This document shows, one piece after another, positions 11,323-24,057 of a stretch of 64,000 bases of DNA (the first letter of the stretch is position 1; each line of letters starts with the position of its first letter). Source of the DNA: Mustelus asterias (Eukaryota); contig NW_027590141.1 in the NCBI RefSeq assembly GCF_964213995.1, positions 1,178,001 through 1,242,000 of the forward strand, given 5' to 3'. The notes beneath the pieces are model-generated. The model saw nothing but the letters and a program-made list of their open reading frames with translations, searched no databases and was not told the origin of the DNA. The position numbers were made by a program, and so were the translations under genes.

Positions 11323-12549
11323 GTGAGTCGTGACCCGACACATATTCTGTGTAAACGAGGCTTCAACTCATCATCCAACCTGGAGTCACATGAGGACACC
11401 CGCAGCACAGAGAAACCATTAAAATGTGGGGACTGTGGGAGGGGATTCAATTACCCGTCCGAATTGGATATTCATCGTCGCATTCACACTGGAGAGAGGC
11501 CGTTCACCTGCTCTGAGTGTGGGAAAGGATTTGCTTACTCATCCAGCCTCTATACACACCGGCGTGTTCACACTGGTGAGAGGCCATTCACCTGCCTCGA
11601 ATGTGGGAGGGGATGTCATGCTATATCAAGCCTCCTGATTCACCGGCAAGTTCACTCCGATCAGAGACTGTTTCAGTGTTCTGAATGTGAGAAAAGCTTT
11701 AAAAGCACAAAGGACCTCCTGAGACACCAGCGCACTCACATGGCGGTGAGACCGTTCACCTGCTCAGTGTGTGGGAAGGGATTCACTCAGTCATCCCACC
11801 TTCTGACACACCAACTTGTTCACACTGATCAGAGACCATTTCAATGTTCTGACTGTGAGAAGAGATTTAAAAGTAAAAATGATTTACAAGTCCATCAGCG
11901 CACTCACACTGGGGAGAAGCCATTCACCTGCTCCGTGTGTGAGAGGAGATTCGGACGTTTATCCCAGCTGCAAACACACCAGCGAGTTCACTCTGATAAG
12001 AGACCATTTCAGTGTTCTGACTGTGAGAAGAGCTTTAAAAGTAAACAGGATTTGGTGACACACCAGCGAGTTCACACTGGGGAGAAACCGTTCACCTGCT
12101 CGGTGTGTGAGATGGGATTCACCCATTCATCCCACTGTCTGAGACACCAGCGAGTTCACACCGGGGAGAAACCATTCATTTGCTGTGTGTGTGGGAAGGG
12201 ATTCACTGATTCAGCCCACCTCCTGATACACGAGCGAATTCACACTGGGGAGAAACCCTTCGCTTGCTCCACATGTGGGAAACGATTCACTCAGCCACCC
12301 CAGCTCATTGCACATCAACTGGTCCACACTGATCAGAGACCTTTTAAATGTTCTGAGTGTGAGAAAAGTTTTAAAAGCAGTAAGGACCTGCTGAGACACC
12401 AGCAAATTCACACTGGAGAGGGATCATTCACCTGCTCCATGTGTGGGAAAAGGTTCACTCAGGCATCCCACCTGCTGAGACACCAGCAAGTTCACAAGTC
12501 ACTGCAGGGGTTGGATTCTGCTGTTGCTGCTAACCCCATGCAGGACTGA
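11323..12549 (+). CDS. ZNF-B: 13-finger C2H2 ORF; paralogous ATG lost and stop codon lost
   Basis: Open frame of 13 fingers; ACA at 11407 replaces the ATG of MEKP; TCA at 12499 replaces TGA; acceptor tttttgcag ends at 11060. Confidence 0.75.
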   Translation: MSRDPTHILCKRGFNSSSNLESHEDTRSTEKPLKCGDCGRGFNYPSELDIHRRIHTGERPFTCSECGKGFAYSSSLYTHRRVHTGERPFTCLECGRGCHAISSLLIHRQVHSDQRLFQCSECEKSFKSTKDLLRHQRTHMAVRPFTCSVCGKGFTQSSHLLTHQLVHTDQRPFQCSDCEKRFKSKNDLQVHQRTHTGEKPFTCSVCERRFGRLSQLQTHQRVHSDKRPFQCSDCEKSFKSKQDLVTHQRVHTGEKPFTCSVCEMGFTHSSHCLRHQRVHTGEKPFICCVCGKGFTDSAHLLIHERIHTGEKPFACSTCGKRFTQPPQLIAHQLVHTDQRPFKCSECEKSFKSSKDLLRHQQIHTGEGSFTCSMCGKRFTQASHLLRHQQVHKSLQGLDSAVAANPMQD

Positions 12550-12564
12550 ATCATGTTCATTCTG

Positions 12565-13870
12565 TTATTAAGGAGGCTGGGAGGGTGGCACACATGGATA
12601 ATCTCTGTACAATCAGGCAGAGTCAACATGGTTTTGTGCAAGGGAAATCACCTTTAATTGATTTATTGGATTTCTTTGAGGAAGTTACAAGCAATGTGGA
12701 TAAAGTGGAACCTGTGGATGTGGTGTATTTAGATTTCCAGCAGGCATTTGACACATCAAAGTTTACCACACTAAATAAGAATTCATAGCATAAGGCATAT
12801 TAGCATCCCATCCACATCGCTTCTTTATATTAGCATGGATAGAGGATTGATTAGCTAATGGGAAACAGAGAGGAGGGAGAAAGGAGTAATTTTTGGGATG
12901 GCAAGATGTCGCTTGTGGAGTGCCACAGGGATCAGTGCTGGGGCCTCAACTATTTACAAACTATTTTCATGATGTGGATGACAGGATCAAAATTTGCTGA
13001 CACAAAGGTAGGTAGAAAAATGAGATGTGAATGACCATAACAAGCCTGCAAAGCGACATAGTGAGTGAGTGGGTAAAAGGTTGGCAGCTGGAACAAGATT
13101 TTTGGATAATGTGAACTTGTCCATTTGGACAGGAAGGATGGAAAAGCAGTTGATTATTTAAAGAGAGCGATTGCAGGTACAGAGGGATCTGGGTGTCCTG
13201 GTACTGTAATCAGGAAACATTAGTGTGTGGACACAGCAAATGATTAGAAAGGTAAATGAATTGTTGTTTATTGCAGGGATGTTTTGCTGCATTTGTTCAG
13301 GGTATTGGTGAGACCACATCTAGAGCACGGTGTACAGTTTTGGTCTCCTTACGTAAGAGAGGACTTGTGTGAGAAGTAGTTCAGAGAAGGTTTACTTGAC
13401 TGATTCCTGGGATGAGGGAGTTATCATACAAGGAAAAGTTGGACATGTTCGGCCTGTATCTATTGGTGTTTAGAAGAATGAGAGAGGATCTGATTGAAAC
13501 ATATAAAATTCAGAGGGGACTTGACAGATGTTGATTGTAGAGAGAGGAGAACTAGAGGCACAGTTTAAAAATAAGGGGTCTCCCATTTAATGAGGAGAAG
13601 AAACTTTTTCTCTCAGAGGGTTGTTACAGTGTGGAATTCTCTTCCACAGAGAGTGGTGGAGGCTGGCTCACTGAATATTCTGAAGTCTGAATTTAATAGA
13701 TTCTTGATTGACAAGAGAGTCAAAGGGTATGAGGGGTAAGAAGGAAAGTGGAGTTCAGACCACAATCAGATCAGCCAGGATCCTATTGAACATGATTGAA
13801 CACTATTGAATAGTGGTGCAGGATCGAGGGGCCGAATGGCCTTCTCCTGGTCCTAATTCACATGTTCACA
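12565..13870 (+). mobile_element. Old degenerate CR1
   Basis: SQHGFVQGKS..VDVVYLDFQQAFD, gtgccacagggatcagtgctggggcc, CR1 3' tail. Confidence 0.85.
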
Positions 13871-14649
13871 TTATGAGAGTTGGAGTTTGTTTCTACTGAC
13901 TTTCATTTCCCATAAATCTGAGCTGCAGCTTAATCTACAGAATAGAATCAAATAAATCTTGATGATAAACTAATTGATCAGCCAGAGTCTAACTGAATGA
14001 CAGAGCAGACTGGAAGAGCTGAACAACCTACTCCAGTTCCTGTGTAGTTTCTCCCCATGATTCTCCCACTCTCTAACTCTGCTCCAGTGCTGGTTTCTGA
14101 TGAAGTCTCTTCTCCCCAGGTCTCCCATCACTTTCCATTCATCAGTTGGTGTCTGAGTCCAAGTTTACCAGGAACAGGAGGAGGTCATTTATCCCCCTCG
14201 AGCCTGTTCTGTCATTCACTGAGGTCAGGACTGATCTGAGACCTAACTCCATTTACCCAGATATTGTTTTAATCTTGACTTCCCCGGTCTGTTACAATGT
14301 GATTTAAAAATAACTTTCATTTCCATCAGACCGTTAATGTAGGAGAGTGTCCCAAAGTGAATCTCAGAAACATTAACTGACACTGAGTCAAAGAAGGGGA
14401 TGTTAGGAGGGCTGACTAAAGACTTGGTGCAGTGTAAAGGGTTCATGTTAAATTTGTAAATATTCTACACAGTGATGTATGATCAGATGACAAGAGCATG
14501 CTGAGAGTTGGTTCTCTGTGAAGCCTCATGCTGATCTTGTATTGTACATAGTTCGAAGAATGTGTAATTAAAGGTTACGTTTATCAGCAGCCTTGCCTCC
14601 AACAGTCTCGAGATTCTGACCAATTTCCTTCTTCACTTGATCTAAACCC

Positions 14650-15868
14650 ACAAGGCTGTGTTCTCAGCCCCCTTCTATACTCCTTATACACCTATGACTG
14701 TGTGGCCAAATTCCCCTCCAACTTGATTTTCAAGTTTGCTGATGACACCATAGTGGGTCGAGTCTCAAACAATGACGAGACAGAGTACAGGAACGAGATA
14801 GAGAATCTGGTGAACTGGTGCGGCAACAATAATCTCTCCCTCAATGTCAACAAAATGAAGGAGATTGTCATCAATTTCAGGAAGCATAGAGGAGAACATG
14901 CCCCTGTCTACATCAATGGAGATGAAGTAGAAAGGGTCGAGAGCTTCAAGTGTCCAGATCACCAACAACCTGGCCTGGTACCCCCATGCTGACACTATAG
15001 AACAAAGAACAAAGAAAATTATAGCGCACGAACAGGCCCTTTGGCCCTTCAAGCCTGCACCGACCATTCTGCCCGACTTAACTAAAACCCTCTACCCTTC
15101 CGGGGACCATATCCCTCTATTCCCATCCTATTCATGTACTTGCCAAGATGCCCCTTAGAAGTCACTACCGTATCCGCTTCCACTACCTCCCCAGGCAACG
15201 TGTTCCAGGCACCCACTACTCTGTGTAAAAAAATCTGTCTTGTACATCTCCTTTAAGCCTTGCCCCTCACACCTTAAACCTATGGCCCCGAGTAATTGAC
15301 TTAGTTAAGGAAGCCCACCAATTCCTCTACTTTCTTAGAAGACTAAGGAAATTTGGGATGTCAGCTACGACTCTCACCACCTTTTACAGATGCACCACAG
15401 AAAGCATTCTTTCTGGTTGTATCACAGCTTGGTATGGCTCCTGCTCTAACCAAGACCGCAAGGAACTGCAAAAGGTCATGAAATCCATCACGCAAACCAG
15501 TCTCCCATCCATTGACTCTGACTACACTTCCCGCTGTCTCGGCAAAGCAGCCAGCATAATTAAGGACCCCCCGCACCCCGGACATTCTCTCTTTCACCTT
15601 CTTACGTCGGGAAAGAGATACAAAAGTTTGAGATCACATACCAACCGATTCGAGAACAACTTCTTTCCTGCTGCTGTCAGACTTTTGAATGGACTTCCCT
15701 TGCATTAAGTTGATCTTTCTCCACACCTTAGCTATGACTGTAACACTACATTCTGCACTCTCTCGTTTCCTTCCCTATGAACAGTATGCTTTGTCTGTAT
15801 AGCGCGCAAGAAACAATACGTTTCACTATGTTAATACATGGGATGATAATAAATCAAATCAAATCAAA
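14650..15868 (+). mobile_element. Rex1/Babar-like LINE 3' part with a nested CR1 tail (about 15000-15300, minus)
   Basis: PQGCVLSPLLYSLYT..KFADDT..NLSLNVNKMKEIVINFRK; FYRCTTESILSGCITAWYG..NNFFPAAVRLLN; (aaatc)n tail. Confidence 0.85.
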
Positions 15869-16167
15869 CCTGCCATAATGGTTTTCACCTCTATCAGATC
15901 TCCCCTCCACCTCCTTCATTCCAAGTAGAACAAATTCAGCTTCTCGAACCTGAGCTTGGAGTTAAAATTCCTCATTGCTGGAACCATTCTGGTAAGTCTC
16001 CTCTGCACCTTCTCAAGGACCATCCCATCCTTCCTGAAGTGTGCTGACTGGATATGAACACAATACTCACATTGTGGTTTAAACACTGCTTTATAAAGCT
16101 TCAGCGTAACAACCTGCTTTTAACAGAATGGCCCAATTGAAAACCAATGTATTATCTCAATGTGCAA

Positions 16168-16485
16168 TCATAGAATCCTACAGTGCAGAAGGAGGCCATC
16201 AAGTTTCCCACAATCTGACCACAATCCCACTCAGGCCCTCTCCCCATAACCCCATGCATTTACAATAGTTAGTCCCCCTGACACTAAGGGGTAATTTAGC
16301 ATGGCCAATCCATGTAATCCGCACACCTTTGGACTGTGGGAGGAAACCGGAGCACCCGGAGGAAATGCACGCAGACACGGGGAGATGTGCAAACTCCACA
16401 CAGACAGTAACCCAAGCCGGGAATTGAACCCGGGTCCCTGGTGCTGTGAGGCAGCAGTGGTAACAACTGTGCCACCATGCTGGCC
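16168..16485 (-). mobile_element. HE1-like tRNA-derived V-SINE
   Basis: Head ggcacagttgtta..gggttcaattcc (A and B boxes), V-domain ..ccgggtgctccggtttcctcccacagtccaaag, CR1-like tail. Confidence 0.88.
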
Positions 16486-17659
16486 CAATCAGTTGTAACT
16501 TGCTTATTTCTTTTATATTAAGTGTAGATGGGTTGCGGTGGGACCCTGTGTGGAGACTGTCTCATGGTGGTAACATGGAACATCGAGGGTGATAGAAGAA
16601 CCCAGACCGAGGATATCTGAAGAACTGCACTGAACTGCATTGTGGGTTCAAAATGGAGTGCATGCTGGTCATTGTAGTCAAGTCGCAGCCTTGCCGGAAT
16701 TAGCAATGTCTGCAAAATGAGTTAAATTGTGCAGGAGAACTGGCCTCAAACTGTGAGAATGATGTGTTGGTTTGAGCTAATAAAGATGTCTGTAGCAGCT
16801 TGGGGATTGAAACAGTGTCAGAGGTAACACAGTGGAGTCAGGCTGACTCTATTCCTTCAAGCATAACCGTGGAATAGGCCCAGGACATAAGAACAAAGGA
16901 GAAGGCAATGCTGTCATTGAAATTCAATAGCCTAAAAACAGATATTACCTTATTTTTTATTCATTTACAGAGGCCAAAGCCCACAGCCTTTCCTGAATAA
17001 TAAAACGTGGCGTCACCGGCTAGGCCAGCATTTATTGCCCATCTCTAATTGGCCTAGGGAAGCTGTTGGTGAGCTGCCTTCTAGAACTGCTGCAATCCCT
17101 GTGGTGTAGGTACACCATAGTGCTGTTAGGGAGGGAGTTCCAGGATTCTGACCCAGTGACAGCGAAGGAACAGCGATATATTTCAAAGTCAAGATGGTGA
17201 GTGTTACAATCCCAGTTGATGTTATAGCTGGACAGGAAGATCCCAGAATGGAACCCTGGCTCAAAAGACCATAACTTTTATTTTCTTTGAAAACATAGAG
17301 GAACAGAGTCACAGGACTGCCAATTAGATTTTAACAATAAAATATTTATTAAATACGAAGAGTTTGATCATAAGACAAGACTTCTTCACTCCCACTTACC
17401 TTCACAAATGTACACAGATTTCAAGGATAACACAGGTAGAAAATTTCTTATGCTATAATGTTCTCAGTAAACACACAGTCCCTTTAAACCCACAGGTTGA
17501 CTGTAACCAGACAACCCCTTCTGAAACTAAGTGGCAGATGCAACTCAATTGATCCTCTGTGGATTTCACCTCAAATTTCCCCTGAAATTATTGTCACTCG
17601 AGTGTTTCCAAACTCCGCTCTCAAAAAGGTACACTTTACAATCTTCTTCCAAACCAATG

Positions 17660-18200
17660 GATGATGTCACCCAGTGGCAGCATGGGAAATGGGAGGGGCC
17701 AAGGAAAGATCCTTGGGAGACACAAAGTTCAAGGACTTTGGAGAGAAACCGGAGGTTGGAGTTGGGACAGTAGTTTGTAACGACAGTGCGGTTAAGGGTT
17801 TTTTCCTTAGGATGGATGATGAGGGTGAATTACAGGTGAGATGGAGAGTATCAGAAAAGACAGGTCCATTAACAGTACCAGGTAATGTGGGGAAGTTGGG
17901 TTATCAGTGGTTTAGTGGGAAAAGGGTAAAGGGAGTTGAAAGCAGGTCTCATGGACACGATGGGCAATGAGAGGGTTTGACAGGAGATAGGAGAGAAACT
18001 GCAAAAAGATGTGAGCTCAGAGCTTGGATACAGAGGAGCTTTACAGAAAGTCTGGCCCAGAGGCTAGTGGAAGCGAGGGAAGCAGCAGAGGCAGCTGGTC
18101 AGATTGTCTCAATCTTAGTGACAAAAAAACTCCATGAGCTCCTCACACTTTGTTGTTAGAGGTGAAGATGGAGGAGACAAGAGAAAGGGAGAGTCCTTCA
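17660..18200. mobile_element. Old L2-like remnant downstream of ZNF-C, shared with ZNF-E and ZNF-K
   Basis: atgtcacccagtggcagcatg..gaggggccaagga.agatcct also at 29581; gaagcagcagaggcagctg.tcagattgtctcaat also at about 30090. Confidence 0.6.
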
Positions 18201-18396
18201 AAAGGAACTAATTTGTGTTAGAGATATTAAGATGTTTTGAAAAAGCATGTTTAAATCAAAGACAACATATTTGATTTTTGTCCAGAATATTAGCCTCTAT
18301 AACTGACCTGAAGTTTATTAACATCAGCAGAAACAGACCCGAATGGACATAGCTCAGTTCTCAATCTGATTGACAAACACAATCCAATCTCTGTAG

Positions 18397-19434
18397 TTAA
18401 TTGTGAACTCGCTGGTGTCTCAGCAGGTTGGATGTCTGAGTAAATCCCATCCCACACTCAGAACACGTGAATGGTCTCTTCCCAGTGTGAACTCGCTGGT
18501 GTGTCAGCAGGTTGGATGACTGAGTGAATCTCTTCCCACAATCATTGCAGATGAACAGCCTCTCCCCTGTGTGAACTCGCTGGTGTCTGAGCAGTGCTGA
18601 TGATTGAGTGAATCTCTTCCCACACCTAGAGCAGGTGAACGGTCTCTCTCCAGTGTGAACTCGCTGGTGTCTCAGCAGAATGTATGACTGAGTGAATCCC
18701 TTCCCACACTGAGAGCATGTGAACGGTCTATCTCCCGTGTGAGTGCGCTGGTGAACGGTGAGATGAGATGATCGCTTGAACCCAGTTCCGCAGTGAGAGC
18801 ACCTGAACGGTCTCTCGTCAGTGTGAACTTGTTGATGGTACATCAGTTTCTGAGAGGTTTTATAACACTTCCCACAGTCCAGACATTTAAATGGTCTCTC
18901 GTCAGTGTGATTTCTTTGGTGTGTCGTCAGGTTGGATAAATTAATAAATCCTTTCCCACACTCAGAGCAGGTGAACGGTCTCTGCCTAGTGTGAACTCGC
19001 TGGTGTGTCAGCAGGGTGGATTGGTGAGTGAATCCCTGCCCACAGTCAGAGCAGGTGAAAGGCCTCTCCCCAGTGTGAATTCGCTGGTGTGTCAGCAGTG
19101 TGGATGATTGAGTGAATCCCATCCCACACATAGAGCAGGTGAATGGCCTCTGCCCAGTGTGTGTGCGCTGGTGTGTCAGCAGGGTGGATGACTTTGTGAA
19201 TCCTTTCCCGCAGTCAGAGCAGGTGAACGGCCTCTCCCCGGTGTGACTGCGCTGATGAGTTTCCAGCTGGGATGGGTAATTGAATCCCTTCCCACATTCC
19301 TCACATTTCCACGGCTTCTCCCCATCATGACTGCATTTATGTTTTGACAGGCCAGATGATCGATTGAATCCTTGTCCACACACAGAACACAAGTATGATT
19401 TATTTCCACTGTGAACGGTGCTTTTTCCTTCCAT
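18397..19434 (-). CDS. ZNF-C: 12-finger C2H2 protein (MEGKS-type start)
   Basis: Intact ORF from aacATGGAAGGA; acceptor ttcacag near 19541. Confidence 0.9.
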   Translation of the reverse strand: MEGKSTVHSGNKSYLCSVCGQGFNRSSGLSKHKCSHDGEKPWKCEECGKGFNYPSQLETHQRSHTGERPFTCSDCGKGFTKSSTLLTHQRTHTGQRPFTCSMCGMGFTQSSTLLTHQRIHTGERPFTCSDCGQGFTHQSTLLTHQRVHTRQRPFTCSECGKGFINLSNLTTHQRNHTDERPFKCLDCGKCYKTSQKLMYHQQVHTDERPFRCSHCGTGFKRSSHLTVHQRTHTGDRPFTCSQCGKGFTQSYILLRHQRVHTGERPFTCSRCGKRFTQSSALLRHQRVHTGERLFICNDCGKRFTQSSNLLTHQRVHTGKRPFTCSECGMGFTQTSNLLRHQRVHN

Positions 19435-19759
19435 GTTCAAAATATGACAATGTTCAGGTTACGATAAATTGGTCGACTTTATCAGCCCCTGATGTGATGT
19501 TTGGTTTGTTTCCCAATTGCAAATCGTCCTCTTCTAAACCCTGTGAAATTGATTTGAAATAGAAAAAAAGGAGTGAGAAAGAACCTACAAAAACACAAAG
19601 GCAGGTTGTGAAATTGAGCTGAATGAATCTGGTAATATGTGGGGCCAGCACGAGGAAAAAGTGACCATGAAACATGCTTGATTCAATTGATGCACTCATG
19701 TGCTTCAGGGAAGGAAACTTGCCAACTGGTCTGGACTCTGCACTGAATCTCCAACAAAG

Positions 19760-19980
19760 CTTCCCACCCAAGTCCTATGCCCATAACCCCACATATTTAT
19801 CATGTTACTTCCCCTAATATCTTGGGGCACTAAGAGGCAATTTAGCATGGCAATCCAGCTAACCTGCACATCATTGGACTGAGAGGAAACCGGAGCACCT
19901 GGATGAAAACCCACGCAGACAAGAGGGGACAGAGTCACACATGGCTGGAGCTGTGAGACAGCAGTGCTAACAACTTGCCA
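19760..19980 (-). mobile_element. Degenerate HE1-like SINE
   Basis: Reverse complement of the V-domain and head, with a deletion. Confidence 0.75.
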
Positions 19981-20069
19981 CCCCTTTTCAAAGAACTGCA
20001 ACAATTTTGAGGAATATCTAGGAATATTATATTTTGTTAAAGAGACTGTATGATACAAATGATTATATC

Positions 20070-20660
20070 GTTGCTCTGCCTCATCAGTAAGAAATTGGAA
20101 GTGAAAGAGCGAAGCAGTTTGATGGACAAGTTGTTCACATTCTGTCACTCGGGCGAATTTCAAAATCATTGCCCCTCATAAAGAGGGCGGCTGCGCATGC
20201 GCTTCTAATAGAGGGCTATTGCTCCTAATAAAGATGGCAACCGCGCATGCGCCATATTGGTAGTGCCCGGATAAAAATGGCGGCAGTTAACCCGGGTCTG
20301 TCGCGGGAAGAAAGCAGCGGCCTTGCTCTGTGCAAACGGCCGGGACCATCTTCGGATAGCGGTCGGTTTTTTTTGCAGAGGTTTGTTGTTCATGATTACG
20401 AAGCCTCTCTCATCCCTCCGCCTGATTCATCGCTGCCTCCGCCCGCCATTCCCACTTTTTCTGATTGTGGATCCGAGAAATCCTCTCTCCATCGCCATTA
20501 ATCACACTGCGCATGCTTCACTCAGCCCCGCCCCTCATTCAGTCTGGTTGGAGGACCAGCCGCTGCCGCTCGCTCCTCCAGCCCCGCCCCTTCCTGCTAT
20601 TGGACCGGAGCTGCCGTCAATCAGTCCCCGGGCATTGTGAGGTGTCAGGTGAGAGGTCAG
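20070..20660. promoter_or_regulatory. Promoter P2 between ZNF-C (-) and ZNF-D (+)
   Basis: NRF1 tgcgcatgcgc at about 20192, 20242 and 20508; YY1 aaaatggcggc at about 20274; core 20505-20640 closely matches P1. Confidence 0.8.
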
Positions 20661-20760
20661 TGTCGTCGGGGGGGGGGGGGGGGGTTACGACTATCACTGT
20701 CCGCCACTTCAAACTCCAACAAAGAGAGCAGGGGGACGCTGACCAAGTGGCAATGTCAGT

Positions 20761-21001
20761 GTAAGAGTTTTAACAACACCAGGTTAAAGTCCAACAGGTT
20801 TATTTGGTAGCAAACACCATTAGCTTTCGGAGCACTGCCCCTTCGTCAGATGGAGTGGAAATCTGCTCTCAAACAGGGCACAGAGCGCTCCGAAAGCTGT
20901 GGCTTTTGCTACCAAATAAACCTGTTGGACTTTAACCTGGTGTTGTGAGACTTCTTACTGTGTTCACCCCAGTCCAACGCCGGCATCTCCACATCATGAC
21001 T
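20761..21001. mobile_element. Penelope-like element end with inverted copy
   Basis: 20761-20832 is an inverted near-copy of about 20885-20960. Confidence 0.85.
20817..20853 (-). ncRNA. Minimal type I hammerhead ribozyme motif, intact core
   Basis: ccau CUGACGA a ggggc agu gcucc GAAA gc UA augg: stem I ccau/augg, 5-bp stem II, palindromic AGCU stem III. Confidence 0.75.
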
Positions 21002-21349
21002 GCATAAGTAATACAGAGAGACAGCACATTGTTATGGGGACAGGGCTTGAAATCCATTCAATCAATAAAATCTCGAATTCAAAATTAGTCTCAATGATGG
21101 TGACTGAGGCTCCTCTGAGAAAATCAGTTCTGGACACAAGGTTAACGTCTGTGATTCTGTCTGGTCAGTCAGGGTGATTCAGATTCATGTTGTCACAAGT
21201 AATTCATGAAATTATCTGCTTGACAGATGCATGAACAGGAAGCGAACAGAGAGATGGAAACAGCGTATCGGTGCAGGCTTGGTGTGCCGAAGGGCCTTTT
21301 CCTGTACTGCATTGTTCTTTGTCCGAGCACATTGATAGATCTGTGGACA

Positions 21350-22780
21350 TAGGAATATAAGAATTAGGAGCAGAAGTAGGCAAATTCAGCCCTTCGAGCC
21401 TGCTCCGCCATTCAATCAGATCATGGCTGATCTCTCCCTGGTCTCAAATTCACCTCCCCACCTCTTCCCCATATAAAAAACATAACATAAGAACTAGGAG
21501 CAGGAGTAGGCCATCTGGCCCCTCGAATCTGCTCCACCATTCAATAAGATCATGGCTGATCTTTTTGTGGACTCAACTCCACTAACCCATCCGCTCACCA
21601 TAACCCTTAACTCCTTTATTGTTCAAAAATGTATCTATCCTTGCCTTAAAAACATTCAATGAGGTAGCCTCAACTGCTTCACTGGGCAGGGAATTCCACA
21701 GATTCACAACCCTTTGTGTGAAGAAGTTCCTCCTCAACTCAGTCCTAAATCTGCTTCCCCTTATTTTGAGGCTATGCCCCCTAGTTCTAGTTTCACCCGC
21801 CATTGGAATCAACTTCCCTGCTTCTATCTTATTTATTCCCTTCATAATCTTATATATTTCGATAAGATCTCCCCTCATTCTTCTGAATTCCAATGAGTCT
21901 AGCCCCAGTCTACTCAGTCTCTCCTCATAAGCCAACCCTCTCAACTCCGGAATCAACCTAGTGAATCTCCTCTGCACCCCCTTCAGTGCCAGTATATCCT
22001 TTCTCAAGTAAGGAGACCAAAACTGTACACAGTACTCCAGGTGTGGCCTCAGCAGCACCTTATACAGCTGCAACATAACCTCACTGTTTTTAAACTCCAT
22101 CCCTCTAGCAATGAAGGACAAAATTCCATTTGCCTTCTTCATTACCTGCTGCACCTGCAAACCTACTCCTTGAGATTCCTGCACAAGGACACCCAGGTCC
22201 CTCTGCACGGCAGCATGCTGCAATTTTTTTACCATTTAAATAATAGTCCATTTTGCTGTTATTCCTACCAAAATGGATGACCTCACATTTACCAACATTG
22301 TACTCCATCTGCTAGACCCTCGCCCACTCACTTTGACTATCTATATCCCTTTGCAGACTTTCAGTGTCCTCTTTGCTCTGCCACTCATCTTATTGTCATC
22401 TGCGAATTTTGACACACTACACTTGGTCCCCAACTCCAAATCATCGATGTAAATGGTAAACATCCACTTACATTTTTAAAATTAGAAATATATCTATCTC
22501 CTTGAAACATTCAACGCTTCAGACTGCACAGCGCTATGAGCAGCGAGTTCCACAAATTCACCACCCTCTGAATGAAGTAGTTCCTCCTCATCTCAGTTTT
22601 AAATCTACTGTCTCTCGACTTGTACCTGTGACCTTTTACACTCCAACATCCCTCTGTTCTTCTGCAATTTTCACAGTCCTGCCATTTATCAGTAATCCTT
22701 TGCCTTGTTTTCCCCTCCAGTTTTCTGCCTCACTATCAAGCGCACACATTTTTTTGTGTCATTGGTGAACCTATATTTAA
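21350..22780 (-). mobile_element. Nested CR1 copies (younger copy about 21475-22460 inside an older 3' end)
   Basis: ORF 21582-22235 is a CR1 ORF2 C-terminus; two tails at about 21350 and 21480. Confidence 0.9.
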
Positions 22781-22859
22781 CTTCAAATCAATTATATAAA
22801 CCAGGAATGAAGGACCTAGCAATGAGCCCTATGAAACCCCTTCTGGAAACAGCCTTTTG

Positions 22860-23230
22860 ATTTTCTTTATTCTTTGTGGGGTGTGGGTCTCACTGGCAAG
22901 ACCAGCATTGTTGCTCAGTCCTAATGGCTCTTAAGCTGAGTGGCTTGCTGTGCTTTTTCAGAGTGCAGTTCTGGAAGTCAACCACAATGCTGTGGGTCTG
23001 GATTCACATGTAGGCCAGATCAGGTAAGGGCATTGGTGAACAGGATGGGTTTTTACAACAATTGCCAATGATTTCATGTTCACCCAGGGACTAGTTTGCA
23101 ATTCCAGATTTATTAATTCAATTTAATTTCCACCAGCGGCCATGGTTGGATTTGAATGTATTCCCCAGACCATTACCCTGAGCCTCTGGATTAACAGCCC
23201 AATTACATAACCACTGCATCACCATCTTCC
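22860..23230 (-). mobile_element. Old SINE-like repeat (tRNA-like head, L2-like tail)
   Basis: Minus strand gatgcagtggtt..ttcaaatccaaccatgg..tggttgact..tgctggtcttgccag; related pieces at 26555-26725, 19655-19735 and 31478-31565. Confidence 0.55.
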
Positions 23231-24057
23231 AGTCACAAAAAAACACACATCAACTGTCATTCATCACTTCGTGCAACTGAGGCAATTTTGAATCCAAAAT
23301 GTAACTTGCTCTTGGATCTTTATTTTGCTGCCCAGTCCACCATGTGGAACCTTGTCGATATGGAGAGAATGTTTCCATTTGCGGGAGAATCCAAAACAGG
23401 GGGGCAGAAATACAAGATAGTTACTGTTAAATCCACTTAGGAAATAAGGAGATGTTATTTTACTCAGAATAATTAGAATGTGGAATTCATTACCAAAGGA
23501 AGTGGTTGTGGCAAAAGGCTGAGATCCTTTCAAAAGGAAACTAAACGAGTACACGAGAGAGAGAGAGAGAGGAATAGAAAAACCAACTGAAAGATTGAGC
23601 TGAGGGAGATGCAATGGAGGAGAAGTGTGTGGAGTTTCAACACCAGCAGAGACAAGCTGGGCAGAATGACCTGTTTTTATTCTATATGTTCTATGTAATT
23701 TTATATAAACTCTATTGACAGGGTATTAGAAGAGGAGGATTTACAGACAGGAAAGTAAAACCAATTATGAGGATCTTATCGTGACTCAATTTATCAGGAC
23801 CTGAATATTTGAATGTGGAAGGAGAAATGTTTGTCTGTTCTGTCTGTGGGAGAAGATTTCAAATATCAATGTGACTGGAAAAGCACCGACACACACACAC
23901 CGAGTGAGAGTGTTCCAGTGAGCTGACTGTGGAAAGACTTTTATCCAGTTACACAGCCTGAAAATCATTCACAGCGAGGAGAGATCATACACATTCTGTG
24001 TGTGGACCAGGCTTCAACTGATCATCCAACCTGGAGAGACATAAGAACAACTGCACC

